A stretch of 51,592 nucleotides of DNA, filler included, from Porpidia crustulata (Eukaryota), in the NCBI GenBank assembly GCA_964255105.1. It is 2 parts of 2 records of this genome, joined end to end, with 100 filler letters (N's around TTAATTAATTAA, not from the genome) between each part and the next. Parts side by side here need not be neighbours in the genome. Positions count along the whole stretch, not along the records: positions 1 to 25,747 come from CAXUWE010000047.1; 1 more part is not named here. One strand, given 5' to 3'. A model generated the notes under the pieces. It made no database searches. It saw nothing but the letters and a program-made list of their open reading frames with translations, and was not told the DNA's origin. This document shows positions 1-12,843 of this stretch, piece by piece; the stretch's first letter is position 1; every line of letters starts with the position of its first letter. Both the position numbers and the translations under genes were made by a program.

Positions 1-51
1 ACCTTGATCCGGTGGGCTGCTGGGGATGTTGGGGAAGGTCTGATCGTAACA
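1..51 (-). mobile_element. Terminus of a repeat, probably an LTR end (reads TGTTACGATCAGACC... on the minus strand, running off the contig end)
   Basis: 1-51 is the exact reverse complement of 25696-25746. Identity stops precisely at TGT, the canonical LTR terminus. Confidence 0.7.
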
Positions 52-640
52 TTAACTTTCGAAATCTTATCAAATATTACACAACGCGGCAATGAACATT
101 AGAATTTTTCAATTATTCAACTAATGTAACCGTAATGCGTCGCTGATATAATTTTTATTTAACATACTCATAATTTAGATCTGAATTAAAGCTGTGCGTG
201 AGCTTAAAAAATTCGAATATCCGACCGCTTTTGCGTTGGTGACGAATCAAAATCTAACCCTAGGGCTTAGCGCGGACCGTTGGGGGTGCGGATCTTAATA
301 TTCCTAAAATTCAAATATATTCATATTTATAAATATTATTCAAATGATATTTGAATATGAATTTTTTTGTCACTACAATGCCCAATTGCAGTGGTTCATT
401 CCATAGTCTTATCCCGCAGATATTATGGAAAACTGTTCTGAGGTACACACCCACACACCCAAGATGCTTAGGGGTGGTCCCAACCCAACTATTGGTGCGA
501 ATTGGGTGGCGTGCCCGGATACTATCGTATTCCAACTAAAATTCCACTTGCTCGCGGCATTGAGCTTAATGAAAAATATACGCATTTGAAGCACGATATC
601 TAAAATGCCTCTCAATCTACACCATCCACAGTCATAACTT
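52..640. repeat. AT-rich degenerate repeat relic with GC-rich islets
   Basis: Markedly AT-rich, no credible ORF. The islet CCCTAGGGCTTAGCGCGGACCGTTGGGGGTGCGG (about 258-291) resembles the islet at about 25503-25560. Confidence 0.45.
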
Positions 641-798
641 AACTAGGCGACGGGACTTCGCCTGGCGGTCACATAAGTAGAGATTTCTGAGCTAGGACCG
701 TCTTTGGAGTGTGTGCAGCATCCATAGGATGAAAAATACGACTGTCGCTCGCGGCAAATTCATGAATGTGCCTCGCATGGTTCCTCTTTACTCGCTGT

Positions 799-2559
799 CT
801 ACTTCCTCAGCTGTACTTTGCATGGAAATCCATCAGCAGGATGTGCTCCGACGCGCTCAATCTGGTACAGCCTATCATCGTTGACCATCTTGGGACCTTT
901 TCTGGGGTATCGTCGATCCCATTCGTCGTAGGCTGTCAGGATATCGAATTCGCGGCAAGTTAAGATCAGCACAGCTTTAAGCTCCAGCATCGCAAGCTCC
1001 TGACCTAGGCAGTTACGAGGTCCAAACTCAAAAGGTCGCCACGCATCTTTGACCGGATGCAATTCATGCTCCGGACCGACTAGCCATCGTTGCGGGAGGA
1101 ATTCGTCAGCTCGAATCCAGGAAGCCGGATTACGATGCAGTGATTGATGCATCACCCATATCAGAGTACCTTCGGTGGGATACCCTGTACCGTCAGGTCC
1201 AATAATGGAGAAGTCCGCAGAACCTTCACGCATGGAAGACGATGGTGGGAACAAGCGAAGGGCTTCCTTGATCACGCCAGTGGTGTATGGTACTTGGTTA
1301 ATCAATTGTGGTTGTGTCGACAATATGGACTCGGCTCCGGCCAAATCCTCGCCGAATACGGTGTTGTGCTCAGCCCGAAGCTTCTCCAACGTGGACGGAC
1401 TTCTACAAAGAAGATGGTAAATGTAGCACATCGAGCTGCTAGTTGTGTCGTGCCCAGCGAATAGAAACGTCCTTATCTGAGTTTTGGTGAAATCCCGGAA
1501 AGCCTTGTCCATCATTTTGTCATGTTTACCAAAGTCCTTGTCTTTCATGTAATTTGCAACGGACAACCCAATGATGGATTTGCTGGGCATTGTTGCCTGT
1601 TTTGAATCCATCACAGTACTTGAAGATGGTTCGAAGTATTTGTCCAGCTCTCGGTCCAGAAAGCGGTCCATGACATGGGAATTATACCACTGAACAACTG
1701 GACGCGCAGGATTCCATCTCTTCAATAAATTCAGCTCGTTTCCAAGTGACAGCCAGGACATTTGGCGTTGAAGAGCTAAGCCAAATCTGTGAGGTGATTT
1801 TTGATGATGTAATTGAATGTTCCTTTCAAGGTATCAGTAATGAGTCAAAACAGGGCTGTTTAAGAACCCTACAATGTTGTCCTAACAATCACATCTAATG
1901 TCAGATTGAGTGTGACGGGATCGAGCTGGAAGATCTTTCCCTGCTGACAGGCTTCTCTTAAGGTCTCCTTGAATGAGATAACCTCTTCCACGATTGCGGG
2001 AATTTGGGTCGCCAGATAGTTCGGGCTGAAGCCAGGATTGAAGATACTGCGACTCTTCTTCCATTCTTCGTCATTCATAAACACAAGAGTATTACCACCT
2101 GTTATTGGACGGAAGATCTCTGCTAGCACAGGCGGTTTGCGAAGGGAATGTTGTTTTATTGCCTGCGCGGCAGTGTTTGGCGAGCTCAAGATCAGAAGTG
2201 GTGGAATAAAGGGCCATAGGTCCATATAGTATATGGAGTCCGAGTCCGGGAACTGTTCGGATATTTTGCTCATGAGATTGGTGATGTGAGCATCGCTTGG
2301 CAGCTGGGATCTGATAGACTGAATTTGAGCAAGGTGACCCCAAAGAAAGCTATGAGGGAGCATTGGCTAGACTGTGTCAATGGCTATGTCAGAGCGTACA
2401 GGTATCGAAGAGCCCTACCGCGCCATCTTTAGACAGCTGTCGAAACCTGCAACGGGCTTGATAGAGCTTCAGTAAGAAGCCAACAGTGACACCAACAAGA
2501 AGAACGGCAACCACATTGAGCAAAATGCTGTGGATTGAAGGTAGGTCTCGTCCTACCAT
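799..2559 (-). CDS. Cytochrome P450, StcS/VerA(AflN)-like; 3 exons (2559-2419, 2366-1873, 1822-799)
   Basis: N-terminal TM anchor, PMLPHSFLWGHL, I-helix FAGHDTTS, EALR (ExxR), heme motif PFEFGPRNCLG. Two GT-AG introns splice in frame. Confidence 0.92.
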
Positions 2560-2954
2560 GGTGGTTTATGAATGGAGAAATTACTAAAGGGAGTGGTTTA
2601 TGCTGAGAACGAGCAAAGTGGGGGATTTTTGGAAATGGGGATACAACATCCCTAGCCCTGCTAATTTACGTTAGGTATCGCAACCAGTGATGAGCTGGAT
2701 GGTGCTATTCGTGACGTGGCAGTTATGCATTTCTAGGCTCAGGCCGGTTCTTGACCAAAGAATGAGTTGTCCACCCATAATTCAACTAGCAGCCATTACT
2801 TCGTACAGCTCACACCTCTCATATCGACTACCAAATTCAATTACGCTTCTACAAGACTTATGGTTTAAGAACTAGAGTGACTACGTTGTTTTCTAGCACC
2901 TCGACTTCGAGGCTATATAACTATATTCTAGGACCCTAGTGCTAAGTAAGGTTC

Positions 2955-4344
2955 CTATACAAAGTGCCTGTCTAAGGCTCTGTCATGGGAAGATTCTGCC
3001 TGCTAAACGATTAGATTCGCTCGAGCTTCAGAAAGATATCTTACAGTAGCCGACTCCACCGACCGACCCTTCGCCACCACGATGTTGCTGCCGTCATTAT
3101 CGAGTCTTTGTAGGGACGTTACGACGCTCACACCTTCCTGGATCGCTTGGTCTGAGGTCATATCTTGATTGCAAAGTATACCGTCTTTGCTCCTATCTTT
3201 CTGCCAGATCACTGTCCGCATGCCTGTCAAAGTAGCCCGTGGCACAGGTGGAAGGTCATGCAGTTGTTGGTGATCTGCAGGAGACATTCTGAATAGCCTC
3301 TCGCGGATGGAGTATGTCGCTCGATTATTACGCGCATGGCGTTTGGAGTCATTAAAGACAAATAGAGAGCGAAATGCTGAGAAACAAGCCGCAAGGATGG
3401 CTACGTTCGGCTCGAAGAATTGGAAAAAAATCATCCAAGTTGTGTCAATAGTGTTTCTTGTTTTAGTGGATGATATGCGGACCAAGGCAATGATGATCAA
3501 CCAGATGTTCACAGTAAGGAATGCGCCTAGGCCAAATTTCTGTCTTACGCTCATACGAGCTTTCCATAGGATGATGATAGGAATGGAAAGAACTGATAAA
3601 GTCAGCTCAAGAAAATCACATAACAAGCGTAGGGCTGATTATACTCATCAGATCTGTAGCGATATCTAAGATTGCGATGAGGATGGAAAGGCCAAGTATA
3701 AGAGGAACATTTGGTACACCGCATTTTGCTTTGCAGCAAGCTCTATCAGCAAAACAGGTGAATTGTACAAGGGTGTCTGAAGACTTACTCAAGGCTGCTA
3801 GGCCAAAGTAAGGACAAAACATGAAGGGTTCGCAGACAAGCACTGCCCATACCACAGTGACGATACCGATCACGCAGTTCACATAGAACGTTAAGCGCTG
3901 AACACGCTTGACCAGCACCTTGAAAAAAAGCAGTAACGATATCTTGACCGCAAATTCTGCTGTCCAAGCGAGAACAGCGTATACGATAGTGAGAGATTCG
4001 GCTCGAAGAACCTTCGGTATGCCGTCCGAAGGCCATTCGTAGTGCGCTGGGTCCAACGACATGGCCTCTTCGAGGAAGATGGTCGAAACAAAAGCATATG
4101 CAAGTGCTGTCGCTATACACATACACGTGAGGCCGAAGAATAGGAAGTAATCGTCGGCATATAGCCTGTGCCGAGTCTTGATTCGGATGATGGTTCGCGC
4201 GATCACCGCCAGAACGGAGAGGCCAAGAAATAATCCCAGACATGCCTAAAGTACGGTTTAGTTGACCGAATGATAGAGGATGCCGTTGGAACAAACTTCG
4301 AATGCCATTTCTGGTATTCGACCAAAGTGACTTGTATCAGACAT
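2955..4344 (-). CDS. PTH11-like / fungal rhodopsin-domain 7TM integral membrane protein (intact, about 5 exons)
   Basis: ART..R...HRLYADDYFL, AVKISLLLFF, DIATDLM-ILSIP, RQKFGL, EPNVAILAAC motifs. GT-AG introns splice in frame. Confidence 0.88.
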
Positions 4345-5504
4345 CTTGACCACAAAGAGGACTCTAGCTCTTGTTCTTGTATGTTTATCTTTGCACAAGA
4401 TTAAAGGAAGCGCATGAGTCCCACGAGGTAAGGAGTGGTGTACCAATTCCGCAGCTTTCCAACAAAAACACTCTCTAGCATGTGGTAATTGAGAATTCAT
4501 GGGTGATAGGGGTATATTAGCTTTGGAGAAATTCGAAGAGCATGAGAGCAAGCCCAGGATACGAAACTTACGTGGCCCGTCTTCGCTGAAGATTCGATTT
4601 TTTTACCCACCCTGAATGTCCGTAGAGTTGTGGCGTAGCTGTGTAACATAGATAAGAACTTTGAGGTGAGAAACCGTGCAATGCAGAGAGCGAAACGAGC
4701 GCATTCTCTATCCAATCCAATTAAATCAAATAGCTACTCGCATGATCTTGCCCCGCTGTCCCGCTGTTTAGTTTTTGACGCCGATCACCCCATTTACTCC
4801 ACACCCTGCATCCTGCAGTCTCGGAACGGTAGCAATGATAATGGAATGGAGAACAGGCCCCTCGTTCGTGGCCGGATCCCCAAATTGATCGCCGACGGGA
4901 AATCCTGAACGGACCGATGAGGCGAGCGCCTCAACCAAAGAGCTGAGATTCCTCGCCATTTTCATCTGGCAATCTCTGGCATCAACTACGATTTCCATCG
5001 ATCTCAGAATTCCGCCTATTAGTAAAGGTTGTGTCAACGGGATGGCACAGCTCAGGCTCTGCACTGATCACCTAGGATGCGAATCCTTCGAAATGGACCA
5101 CATCCCCCTGGAGTTGTGCATGAGACGCACGCTGTGCCGTTGCTTCGTGGGATGGTTAATCGGCAGCTCAACAGGTTTCGATCTTCGTGCTTGCTTTCTC
5201 ACAGACCCACACGCTCTGCATGGGCTCTACCTTGACGGTTGTTGTGTAACCTCCCACGGTCCTCGAACAAGCACAGGTGGGTCGAGCCTTCTCGACATCC
5301 GCTGATAACAGATGGGTTCGGCAATCGTCATCAAGTCAGACCTTAGGTGACCAAAAGAATGTACGTGGCGATGTGGTCTGCCCTAATCAACAAGGTAAAA
5401 CGTCATTGGCCGTTAGCTAGTTGCTCCAGCTAAAAGGAAGTGGCTCCTTTCAAATACCCTTACCGTGTCACTACAAGGCATTCCTTACTGTACCTCAATT
5501 GACT

Positions 5505-7399
5505 ATGGCATCTTCGTGGTCTTGCTTTTCAATATCTGAGAGGCTGTTTGTTCGCTTCGATGTCTCAAAATTCAGAGACGGAAATACGTTTAGATATATT
5601 GTGTTGCTTTGTCTACCTTTCGCCCTGACCTATTTTATCACATGGCTGGTCTTTTTCGCTCGAAACCAAAGTAAGAAGACGGGGAAGATCCCTCCCGCAG
5701 CCCCATATGCGTTTCCATTCCTCGGGCATTCATTGTCTTTTGTATGGGATGCGCTCACTTTTGCTTGCTTCGTGACGTAAGTACCATCTCACGCTGCCTT
5801 TTTCTTCCAGCTTTCGTCATCCTAGACTTCGAACGATACCGTGGTGCTGAGAGAATTGCACAGTACTTTCCACGGTAAACCTATACCGGTGCGGTTGACC
5901 TTTGTCTATGGCCAATTATTCCTCATCCAAGGAGCGAACAACATCGTTTCAGTGTGGAAGTCGTCTCAGGCTTCGACTGCAACAGCAGTCCACAATTTCT
6001 ATCTGAAGCAGATCTTTGGAATGCCCAATACGGCTTTGAAATTGTACACTGCGGACAACTCGGGCTGCTACCACGAGCCAACCGCTTTTAGCAGCGTGAA
6101 ACCAGATAATCGTGTCGATTATATTACTCATCAGGCTCTGAGTAGATTTCTTTCTGGACCTGGCTTGAATCCATTATTCAACCGATTTACCGAGAATCTC
6201 ATACGCTGTCTTCAGGATTTTCGAGTTGGTAGGCAATGGATGGATATGGAAGACCTTTGGAGTCTATTCAAAACCAAAGTTACACCTGCAGCAATTCAAG
6301 CCATGTGCGGAACTTCAATCTGTTCCCTTATCCCTTGTATAGCAGATGATCTTTGGACATATGATTCTGCCATACCTGATCTGATCAAAGGGTTGCCACG
6401 ATGGTGGGTCCCAGATTCATACGCCAAACGAGACCGCATGCTTCAAAATATTAAAAGGTGGCATGTATTGGCACGGGAACGTTTTGACGAGACTCAGATA
6501 GGATCAGATAGAGACTGGGACCCGCATTTCGGCTCTGAGTTCATTCGTTCAAGACAAAAAACGTTTTCGAAAATGGATGGCATGGATGAAGATGCTGTCG
6601 CTGCATCCGACCTCGGAGCTATATGGGCGTAAGTCATCTATATATCGAATTCGGTTATTCTCAAAGCTAATACAAATTATCGAGTACCAACACCAATGCT
6701 ATACCTTCCGCATTTTGGTGTACTCTGGAATGTTTTTCTGACTCTTCATTACTCTCTCGAGTCCGCCACGAGGTAGAGAAATGCATCAGCCGCTCAGGCT
6801 CTGGCAAACATCGATTCGAAATTGAAAAGCTGGGTCAGAATCCCTTGCTCCAGTCCATTTACGCTGAAGTGCTACGCCTTCGTATTGCTGCATTCATCAT
6901 GCGTAGCCCAGAACGCAAGGACATGAAGATAAACGAGTGGATCTTCCCCCAAAACGAGACTGTACTCATTGCAACCACTCCTGCGCACATGGACGAAAAC
7001 GTCTGGAATACCGGCAAAGCAAACGAGCACCCTCTGAATCGATTTTGGGCAGATCGGTTCTTGATCTACCCGGACGACCCCAGTAGTGGTCCCAAAAAGC
7101 GCACGGACCGCGACGAAACTTTCAATTCTCCAAAAGGAAGCGACCCTACGTTCTCCCTCGAGGGTCTGGAAGGCTCCTGGATCCCGTACGGTGGAGGGTT
7201 TCGTGCCTGTCCGGGTCGCCATTTCGCAAAGCGGGAAATACTGATGGCCTTGGCCGTCATGGTGACGCTGTTTGATATCGAGGTTGACGGGAGCAGCGCG
7301 CTGCAGACAGACCCGCGAGTGAACGGGCTCGGGACTCAGCGTCCTAAAAACCCTATTCCATTCCGAATTAGAGAGAGAATATCTCGATATCAATTTTAG
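5505..7399 (+). CDS. Cytochrome P450 of the CYP7/CYP8-like group; 3 exons
   Basis: TM anchor plus PPAAPYAFPFLGH, I-helix IWATNTNAIPSAFW, EVLR, heme motif PYGGGFRACPGRHFA. The second intron needs a GAG acceptor at about 6684. Confidence 0.9.
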
Positions 7400-7763
7400 A
7401 AGTGGGCTTATGACACTTTATCTTGAAAGACTCATGCGTATTTGAGTATAGAAACAGGACAGCATAACTTGCATAGACCGAGTGCACATTCTCGGATGAA
7501 AATTTTGTCAAATCCTAACTCATCTGTTCTCCGATCAAGCCGCTGTAGTGGTGTTCTATGAATCGCTTAACTTGGAAACATATTAGATCGGTAGTACTTA
7601 CTCGCTTTCATCTAGTCCTCGCTCTTCCTGAACACCTCAACCCATCTTGATTTTATATCTTTACAAACAGCGCACGTATGATGTAAAAACATTCAATAGA
7701 AATCTCCGTATATCACACACCATAACCCGTAAGCAAGCACCTATCAACTCCTCAACCTCGATA

Positions 7764-7977
7764 GGCCGCGCCGCCCCCCGGCGCGCGGGGCCGGGGGGGG
7801 GGCGGGCCCGCGGCGGCCCCGGGCGGGGCGCGGGCGGACGGCGGGCCCGACGCGATCCTGCACGCGGCCGCCTGGGGCACGCCCGCCATGGCGCTCGCGG
7901 TGGCGGAGAACGCGACCGCCGGCTTCGTCAAGGTGATCCGGGCGCGCGGCCGGCTGGTCGGCGTCACNNNNNNNNNN
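7764..7977 (+). other. Very GC-rich bacterial-looking fragment plus a 10-N scaffold gap; probable assembly chimera
   Basis: The frame from 7849 reads DAILHAAAWGTPAMALAVAENATAGFVKVIRARGRLVGV, resembling a pyridine nucleotide-disulfide oxidoreductase C-terminal domain. It is flanked by G/C homopolymers and Ns at 7968-7977. Confidence 0.6.
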
Positions 7978-9982
7978 CCCCCAACCCCCATCACCCCCCC
8001 CCCCCCAAACATCGCTCACAACTTCTAGAACACCACCCTATCTCTAATTCTCCGAGAAACTTCCGAGAAGCCTCTAGACTTTCATCCATTCCACATTTCG
8101 ACACAACTTCTAATTTACCATCTAGTCACTTGCATTACCCCAACTATTGAGCGATCTGATCTCAAATGGGTGGGAAGCATCTTGCTGATGACTGATAATT
8201 TACATAGGTTGGAGGGCTTAGAAGCTCCATAATATCCTGAAAACCTTGTAGCACTGTCCTTCTTTCCGGCTTTACCTACATCAAGAGTAGAGCGTACTTA
8301 TCCTTTACTAACATATTATCGCAGTCTGATATGATCCTCTAATCCCGCCCAAGAAAGACCCAAGATCAACACTACCTTAGGACCGAATCTACCTCAATAG
8401 CCCCGGAAAAGTCCAATCCAAACCACACACCTCTTGGGTCGCACAGTATACGGCGTCTCATCACACGCACGGAATACGTGGTTGACAGCACTAAAGGGGG
8501 AACAATGAGATTCCTCTCCCCTCAAGAGTTATGGAGAATCGGGAAGATATACAAATGGCTGAAAGTACGCTTATGTAATGTTCGATCATTCGGGTAATGC
8601 CATGTTTTCGTTCGGTTATTTGTGGTTATTATTTCGATAGGGGAATCTTGTTGGATGTGTATGATGTGTCTGTCGAAGGATAGGCCGAATAAGTTAACGA
8701 AGAAGAAAAAGGAATCAGAAAGTTCAAGATTCAGCAGGAGCAGCGGCAGGAGATATCTACGTAAAATGAGATCTTTTCGCGCTTCGATCAACGCTCCAGC
8801 GAAGGTGAAAGAAACGAACGGCGATCGCCAGGAGAGGGAAGGGGGGGGGAAGTAGGACGGCAGCAAGAAGTGGCGATAATAGGCGGGGAGAAAGAATGGA
8901 AAGCTAAAGGGTTGGAATATGGAAAAGAAATGGCACATGGGATCGTTTGTTCACGCGCGATTTTTTGGGGATGGAGTTTTAAAGATCTAGGGTTTAGATA
9001 TTTAGCCCGCCAACGCACTCCGTGTCGAAATTTTCGCCCTTGCGCTGATGTTTCCAAACGACGAAGAACGAGTGAAAGAATAAATTCAGCTTAACATTCG
9101 TTTAGCTGTGGGTCTGAGTTTCGCTCTTAAATTTCATTTTCACTCCAGTCTTTATTTTCAAAGTAGTCAGGAAGTGGATTGCATGAGGAAGCTTAGGCGG
9201 GTGCGAATGTAGAAAGATCTAGTAAGATAACATTACTCTGGCGAAGGATTTGCTTTTTGCTACATAGATATTCCTTCACGATGAATATTCAAAAAATTCA
9301 ATCTGTCTACACCCAATTAAGGACCTTTCTAAACTGCACGATATTTATCGTTGCACGGATTGAGGGGTTATTCCTGATTATTGATTGCGATTTGTTGCCG
9401 GTGAGCTAGCTGCTTGCCTGGTGACTATCTGCTTGTCAGAAAATTATTTACGATCCTTCTTTCCTCTTTGTATACTGCTATAGATTCAAGGACTTGGATT
9501 GGCAGTGTGGACATTGAGAAAGGCAGCACGCGGGACGGAATTCGATAGGTTCGAAATGAAACCTTTTAGCGATACATTCGATGTAGGTAACGGTTTTGGC
9601 CTGTAAAGACACACGCAACATGGGCAGAGTGAACTGAATTCTAGTACAGTTGTAGCTAAGCAAACTCTATCAATGTCGTACAGATCATCGGACATCAGGC
9701 TTCGCTGGAAACCAAAGTTGTTTAGCAAAGATCTGCCACTGCCTTGTGCAAGCTGTTACTGTTGCATCGATTGGAGAGCTTGAATAGCGAGCGTGCCACT
9801 TGGACATGGTCGAGCTTGGCCCTAGTAACAGACTCATCTTCTGGCGACGGCTTACAGCCAAATGATGGAGAGTCTGCCTTTCCCTGGGGATCAGATGGCC
9901 ATTTACTTTAGGGCTGAGAGGCCCGTTATCAACTCGCTTGCGACAGGTCGCTGAATGAACAGACTCTATTAAAACGGATACT

Positions 9983-12843
9983 TCAAAAGCCCAAGCTGCT
10001 CAACACGAAAGCTGCAAACACCAGTAGACTTCCACATTCGAGCCCAATTGAGATTCTAACGCTTCGTGCTTGCCCACCCTCGAAAGTTATAACGGTCGCT
10101 GTTCCGCTCAGGGCCTTGGTCGGAACCCCAACGGTCTCAGATCCGACGATCAGGCTTCCGTTGCTGTCTAGACTAACTCTACTGCCTTCCACAGCAGCAG
10201 TATTTTCGGCCATCATGGTAGTTCCATTAACCACGACTGCCGATGATCGAGCTGTAAATTTTAGTCCTACGACTGTGAAAACGCTTGGAGCTGGCCTATT
10301 GGTGGCTGCAAGGTGGGTACTCGAGCTTCCTACAAACAAATTCCAGATGCGTCGAGGGTAATAGCTGTTCCGGAAAGGATCATCGGTTTGCCGCCTGGTG
10401 AGAGGCTCGAGCCTGCAAGTGGAAAGCCAGCTGGATTAGCTGTGAGAATTTGACCTGCTACCGTGAAGACATTTGGTGCTGGCGTTATGCTAGGGATATT
10501 AATGAGTGAAGTACCGACAAAAAGTACTCCAGATGGACTCAGGGAGATTGGGGTTCCCGACACCGTGATGGCAGCGTCTCCTGGTAGTACTTGAGAGCTG
10601 TCGAGTGAGAAGCCTGTAGGGTTTGCTACAAATGTCTGGCCACCAACTGTGTATGCCCTCACGCCTAGCGTTTGAGACTGTAGGCCGATACTTGGACTTT
10701 CAACGATCGTCAGTCCTGAAGGGGTTAGGGAAATCACAGGCGCACTACCAGGAGAAGCTCGTAGTTCAGTCATTTCATAGCCTTCCAGATCGACTGTGAA
10801 TGTCTGCCCTGCAACTGTGAGAATGGAAGTTGGGGCGACCAGTGGAGGATATTCAATCTCAGTCGGTCTGCCATCGAGGAAGAGGCTGCCGTGTGAGCCA
10901 AGGCTGAAGGACATACCGGATACAACGACATCGGTGCCACCTGGAGTGGTTGTGTTTCCTGCTAGGACTATCCCCAATGAATTTGCGGTGAAAACTTGGT
11001 TGGTTATGGTCAAGACTGCCGAAGATGAAGGTCCTTAATTAGGCGCTTACACGGAATCGAGAGGATCTCCGCCGAGAGCAGCAAGAATGAGCCCTCCAAG
11101 GCCTGGAGATGTTTGCATAGGTTGGCCAGCTTGCTTTGGATCTTGAGCAGGAGAACCTTTAGGTTCCGGATGTTCATTTACAGTATCGGAATCCGACGGA
11201 TCCACATTCGATGCAGTTTTCTCGGGAGGTTTCGTCTTTGGTGTTTCTCCTGGGTCGGCTAAATTAGTATGTGCTGGTGAATCAGGATCGTGGGGTGGAT
11301 CATCGGTACGTCCTCCACCTTTGGGATCTCCTGATTGGCCGTTTGGATCGTGTATAGGAGTTGGCTGCGGCAGGTTAGCTCCTGGCGACTGCGTAGGTTG
11401 TATCATTGGTGAATAGGTAGATTCTGCAGGTGTCGTTTGTATTGCTGGAGCGTCAGGTGGATGGTCGGCCGGATCCGGAGCAATCTCCTCAACAGCGGAC
11501 AACGCACGCGGCGGATCAAAGATCGCGAAAGTTATGCCTTCTTTGTGTGACATAAAACCACGGCACGTGTTTAGCTATTGAGGATCGAGAGACATTACTT
11601 GTTGTGGCGGTATAATTAGCGGTAGATACGGAGGGCCAATCGTTGTTTTTACTACACTATTAGCACCGGTAGAGAATCCTAGACCCCACGTGGGACACGC
11701 CATATTCGATACATTCAGCGGGGCTGCGCTACCGATGAACTGCACACCAAATACCCCATTAGGATCATTAAAAACGGTTTCCTGGTTGTAGCAAGTCCTG
11801 AGAGTAGGTTGATAATCGGCCAGATGGTACGGCGATGAATGGACTGGTAACAGTAGAGCCAACTGTCCCGCATTCATCGGTCATTGCTGCCTTTCCAATT
11901 ACCTGGAGATAAATTGAAGGTGATGTACTAATGTATTGTGAGCCCCAAGGGAATATAATGATGCAAATTTTACTTACAAAGTGTAGTCACTTAATACCGC
12001 AGTACTACCTTTATGGTACAATGAACGTCCGCTTTTCTGCTCAGCCCAAGTGGTAGCATTCGTAGCTAGTGTCGAAGCATTTTTAGACTTGCAATAGCTG
12101 CTAGAATCTTCACCAGGGAAATAGTACAGGCGGATCTCTGGAATATCCACAGTGCAGTTCCCACAGCACTCCCATCGCTGCCATGCATGATGGCGCAGTA
12201 CACCGGGAGGGATTTATGAAGGCATATCAAGACCAGCGTTTTTAAGGGCTGGGATGATCGTATTATTGGTCCCGCAATTGGAAAAAGTGTATTCTTGACC
12301 TTCGCGGTAAGCCTGAGCAAAAGAGCTGCATTCCAGGCTATGACCGAATCCAGCCCGCCAGTCTAGCGGCCACCGGGGGAAATCTGCACCAGGCTGCTGA
12401 GGGTTATTGAATGCGGACAGATACGCTGACTGTGCTGTTAGGTAGGACGAGCATAGAAGGATAGTCGAAGTAGCGCTACTACTGCCCAAACTCGTACCAA
12501 CAGTTATGGAGCCAGTCTGGCATACAGGCCCATAGATATTACAAGACTGGGTCTGATTATAAGGTATTATAAAAGAAAATGGAGATGTGGCGTAGGGAGC
12601 TGGCTCGACAATCGGTACATAAGAGGTCTGAATAAACGAGTTGGAGCCGTCAGTCGAATTGACTGGATATACGTGTTAGCCGTAGTTCCTCTGCTTAAGG
12701 GCAACCATCTCGCTTCACATTAGTAATAAAATATTTCAAACGGTACACGAAGGTCTTGAAGCTCACTACTGACCAAACGAATGTGTCTGAGGCTCACAAA
12801 TAGCTCTCAAAAAGAGCGTCATACATAGTATCAAGAGAAGCAT
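9983..12843 (-). pseudogene. Secreted, probably GPI-anchored Ser/Thr/Pro-rich protein with TV(A/G)GQT(F/L)xANPxGF repeats; disrupted
   Basis: Signal-like MLLLILCMTLFLRAIC at 12843 and a hydrophobic C-terminus. In-frame stops at 11575-11577 (TAG), 11047-11049 and 11035-11037 (TAA); frameshift at about 10341. Confidence 0.75.

Noticed and set aside
645..663. Helitron 3' hairpins (also 13279-13302 and 25578-25600)
   Set aside because: Stems are only 6-9 bp, there is no correctly spaced CTRR terminus and no Rep/helicase sequence.
4768..5305. Short ORFs between the PTH11-like gene and the second P450
   Set aside because: No recognisable motif or splice structure; most likely promoter DNA. I found no AflR-type TCGN5CGA site by eye.
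7647..8150. GC-rich ORFs spanning the N gap
   Set aside because: Artefacts of low-complexity chimeric sequence read through Ns.
8480..9300. Possible decayed transposon or gene 5' end
   Set aside because: Composition looks degenerate but no domain, TIR or LTR could be identified.
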